Shown here in pieces: positions 59,845 to 64,000 of a stretch of DNA of 64,000 bases; the first letter of the stretch is position 1, and every line of letters begins with the position of its first letter. This stretch comes from Macrostomum lignano (lineage: Eukaryota). The notes beneath the pieces were generated by a model, which saw nothing but the letters and a program-made list of their open reading frames with translations, was not told the origin of the DNA and made no database searches. The position numbers and the translations under genes were made by a program. The stretch lies in NCBI GenBank assembly GCA_002269645.1, contig NIVC01001483.1:186001-250000 (forward strand), written 5' to 3'.

Positions 59845-60059
59845 AAGTGGTTCTTAACCTATAGGTTGTGACCCTTAATACTAATGGTCAATGGGGTTAC
59901 ATGGCCATTTTCTAGGGGTTACAGCACAGAAATATAAGTATCCCATACATAATAATATATTATATAGATTTTAAGAGGTTGCAAACATTAAAAAAATGAT
60001 GCAAGTGAATAAATTGGATCTGCCTAACAAAACTAAATCAAAAAGGTTAAGAACCACTG
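59845..60059. mobile_element. probable hAT/Charlie-like MITE
   Basis: TIR (A)AGTGGTTCTTAACCT / AGGTTAAGAACCACTG. TSD not clean. Confidence 0.55.
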
Positions 60060-60473
60060 CCTTAGGCCTAGTCTATAAAAATTTATGTATATCTACAAGT
60101 TTTGTTCTATAGATAAGGGGACAAAGGCCCTATTTTGTACCACTGTCAAAATTGAATACACACTCAAAATTACTAGCAACTTGTTAATTAAGGTTGGAGT
60201 TTGTCATTTTTGGTTGAAAATTGTTAATGTTACATCTGAGTTTGTCAAAATAGGTTGAACATTTTAACAAGCAATACTGGACTGTCAAAATTAAAATATA
60301 TCACAATTATTATTAAAATAAATCACAAATAAATCAATATTAAGTGCAGATTTTTCAAAATAGAAAATAAAAAAATATAATGGATAAATTATAAATACAT
60401 ATATTACCAGAAGACAAGTTACATATATTCATGCACTACCATGGCATAAACATGTATAATATCTATAAAACTG

Positions 60474-63345
60474 CTGGGTTTTTTTTTTCGCCAGAGATAA
60501 GGTGCGAAATCGCACCTTGTGCCAAATTTCAAGGTGCGATTTTAAGGCTCAGAGTGCAATTTCTCTTGAGTCTTGTTTAGAATGTGAGGGTTTCACGAGA
60601 GATATTCAGACAGACATTCGAAACGATCGTCTGTAACTTTAAACAAAATTGACCCGCTTCAACCATCTTTTTGGCAAATACTTACGCAAGTGTTGGGCGT
60701 CAAATAAGCTTTAATTTATTAACTGAAGTAAAAATCCTTCTGACATACATTGATTTAAAAATTGCTTAGCAACACTAGCTCTGATTAGAAATCGCTTTAC
60801 TGTTGACTAAAATTGTTTTGATCGTGGCAGCCTAAAAGCAGATGCTGGATTTGGAAATGCTTCGATTTACTCTATACGCATGTCTCAGCTTTAAAATGAC
60901 ACCTCAGGCATCGCAAAAGACAGCTTTGATGCTGAGATATTCGACACTAAACATGCATTGCTTTGCGCAATCTCACATTCAGAGATTTCACTGATTTTTT
61001 GTCGATATTTGTGCAGCTGCCGTGTCCTTGTTTTTCAACAGAATCTTGTCAAATTCTAGTCATGTCCAGTTTAAACCTGGACTTCTCTTAAACTGTCTTA
61101 AGTATTTGATTTTTAATGATTCCTGCCTTTATATTGCATAGATTGTACCTGAGTCAGTGAGTCTGTGAGTGTACATTTGTACATATGGCAACCAATCATG
61201 ACTTTTTCACCGCTTTGCGGTTCAAATAAATATACGAGTGTACAAGAAACATGTTCCAACTGTTATTGAGAGAAATTGACGTCGCGTTTATTAACAGTCA
61301 GTGGCAATTAATATGAAGCAAATAGTTTATTGTTATGTTTTTACTTTTTTTGCGTGGCAATTCTGCTATCCAAATCGGAATGAGGTAAGCGGTGGGAATA
61401 AAATAAAAAGGAAGAATTTTTTCTACTGTTGTTGCAACCCAATAGCTATATGTACTTCAAACTTTTTAGATTGAACAGGCGATTTCTAATGTACTGCTAA
61501 GCTTTCCAATCCCTATGGACTACAGTAGCAGTTCTTAACTTTTTTTCTGTCTTGACTTCTAGACTCGGAATTCGGAACAACCTAAGGAGCCGCATGAAAA
61601 TATTTAATTGGATAAAGATATTTTCTAAAAACAGCTCAAGTCGTGACACATCTTCTTCTCACCTCAGTCCATCAACTGCTGCTCCTTCTGAGACCAAAGC
61701 GATCGTGAAAGTAAAACAGATCAGTTTAGATCCCATGGCCATGAATACAACCATTTCAATTGTGAACCTGCTTCGCTTACAAGTACGAGCACTAGCCTTC
61801 CATTTGATGCCATTAGCTCACTTAACTCTGAAATAGTTCAAGGACGGTTCCAAATGTTGAGATCTGACGTAGAAGCAGTCCAATTTGTGGAAATTTATCA
61901 ACTGGACTCCATGAATCACTCCAATGAAAGGCGGCGAATAGCTGTAGAATGCGTAAACAAGTTTAAGTGAGTCACAAAAACCCCATTTACTGTAACTACA
62001 TACACTTGTACGTTAGCAAGGCTCCATGCGATGGTTAATAAATGGAGAAGTAGACAAGCATCTGAACAAATATTGAATAAAAATCAGTGAAGTTTCCGAA
62101 TGTGAGTTTGAGCAAAGCAATGTTTAGTGTCGAATATCTCAGCATCAAAGCTGTCTTTTGCAATGCCTGAGGTGTCATTTTAAAGCTGAGACATGCGTAT
62201 AGACATGACTAGAATTTGACAAGATTCTGATGAAAAACAAGGACATGGCAACTGCACAAATATCGACAAAAAATCAGTGAAATTTCTGAATGTGAGATTG
62301 CGCAAAGCAATGCATGTTTAGTGTCGAATATCTCAGCATCAAAGCTGTCTTTTGCGACCCCTAAGGTGTCATTTTAAAGCTGAGACATGCGTATAGAGTA
62401 AATCGAAGCATTTTTAAATCCAGTATCTGCTTTTAGGCTGCTACGATCAAAACAATTTTAGTCAACAGTAAAGCGATTTCTAATCAGAGCTAGTGTTGCT
62501 AAGCAATTTTTAAATCAATGTATGTCAGAAGGATTTTTACTTCAGTTAATAAATTAAAGCTTATTTAATGCCCAACACTTGCGTAAGTATTTGCCAAAAA
62601 GATGGTTGAAGCGGGTCAATTTTGTTTGAAGTTACAGACAATCATTTTGAATGTCTGTCTGAATGGGTCTCCCTAAAACACGCCCTGCACCGCCCTGCAG
62701 CGCTACACATTAAAACAAATTGGACTATAACTAAAGACACTTCAGAATGCGTTTTCTGTTAAGCTTCAAGTTTTTATTAAATTTAGTTTTTTTTACTTTG
62801 AAATATAAAATTCGGTGAACAATAAGTGATATTAATAATAATATTAATAAAATAATAATATTATAATTTAATAATGAAAATGAGAATATAAAAAATAATA
62901 TTTAAAAAAAAAATAAAGATATTTATTCCATTACTATTTTAACTTTTCCTTGCAATCAAATACTGCATTGACAAAAAATGTTATAATGTGTAGCAGTTCG
63001 GGGCCCGGTGCGGGGCGTGTTTTAGGGAGCCTTTGTCTGAATATCTCTCGTGAAACCCTCACATTGCTCACATTTCAGACAACTGGGAATGTATATTTTA
63101 ATATCTTACATAAGGCTATAGCTATAGGCTATATCGCCTATATGACTTAATAGGATTTAAAGAGTTATTTTGTTTCATATTTTAAAATTTAAGGCAGTGC
63201 ATAAAAAATAGCTTAAGCATGGTTAAGCCTTTAAAGAAAAATGGTTATAAGACCGCACCTAAACCGCACCTACTTTTTTAATTTCAGGGTGCGATTTTAA
63301 AATTTAGGGTGCATACGCACACTCTGCGCACAAAAAAAAACCCTG
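60474..63345. mobile_element. about 2.9-kb non-autonomous DNA element with long internal inverted arms (about 60580-61066 vs 62202-62664 plus 63034-63065)
   Basis: The arms are clear reverse complements. Outer ends CTGGGTTTTTTT / AAAAAAAACCCTG, flanked by TATAAAAC / TATAAAAG (imperfect 8-bp TSD). Confidence 0.6.
62665..63033. mobile_element. MITE with 9-bp TSD (Mutator-like) inserted in the right arm
   Basis: TIR-like GGTCTCCCTAAAACACGCCC / GGGCGTGTTTTAGGGAGCC. Duplicated target TGTCTGAAT (62656-62664, 63034-63042) is single-copy in the left arm. Confidence 0.7.
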
Positions 63346-64000
63346 TATAAAAGTACATAAAAAAATATAAAAGCAACCCCTAGGGCTAGGACATAGGACA
63401 TTACATCATTAAGCTTTATTATAAATATAACTTTCTATGAATAACAGACTGCAAACATTACATAATTTGATTTTTCACATTTATAAAATTGTGAAGCATC
63501 AATCAACTCACTCATAGGCCTAGGCATGCTTTTTGTCTTGGGCGTTGCCCATTGGGCCAAGGCATGAAATGTTTTGTATCTGTCTGTAATAGGCCACCTG
63601 TATTAACAATCAAGAAGAATTAAACTATCTAGTAACCTAGTGTCAATTTCAGTTGTTTTACTTATTATTGAAGAACATGTATATTTGATGGTACATATAT
63701 TGTTTATAGCAATTATAATAATCTAGAATCTAGATATTGATATACACGTTACATCCATGTCCAATAGGCCTATGATAATATCACATAAATGGAATCAGAA
63801 ATAAAAATGTTGAGTATGTCTTAATATGTGACAAATTATAGTAAGTAGTAAGTAAGTAAGTAAGTAGTAAGTAGTAGTAAATTTGGCTCAGGCTTAAGGA
63901 GCCTGTTTTGCCAGTATAATCCGATGTCTTTAGTATTTGTTCAAAAGGTTAAATTTTTACACGAGTTACGATACGAGTTACGATATTTGTAAAAGTAAGG

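Noticed and set aside
61552-62070. Transposase remnant in the loop of the inverted-repeat element
   Set aside because: Only short ORFs, and no DDE, BED or dimerisation motif recognised.

Overview
Eukaryotic (animal) genomic DNA, not prokaryotic. Introns and intergenic spacers are packed with 12-60 bp minisatellites. With TTAGGG-type interstitial repeats, an expansion of the schistosome-type sulfotransferase family and splice acceptors just upstream of start codons, this suggests a flatworm such as Macrostomum (inference, unverified). Every gene I can identify is on the minus strand. In transcription order they are: a 6-exon, 695-aa PLAT+lipoxygenase-fold protein whose iron ligands appear degenerate (49230-55310), NDUFV1 (3 exons), seven tandem intronless, tail-anchored Sulfotransfer_4/SmSULT-like genes (20.5-40.4 kb; one frameshifted by a 4-bp duplication), TAF11, MRPL35 and a small C2H2 zinc-finger gene. 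Mobile DNA includes two CORE-type tRNA-SINEs, several hAT MITEs with 8-bp TSDs, a 9-bp-TSD MITE, two Helitron-like 3' ends and a large inverted-repeat element. The most notable observations are an intact but probably iron-free pseudo-lipoxygenase next to the sulfotransferase array, two minisatellite births caught in the act (one amplified from a gene's own last codons and stop), and a hidden plus-strand coding signal at 5.3-7.2 kb. Most ORFs in the supplied track are artefacts of tandem repeats.
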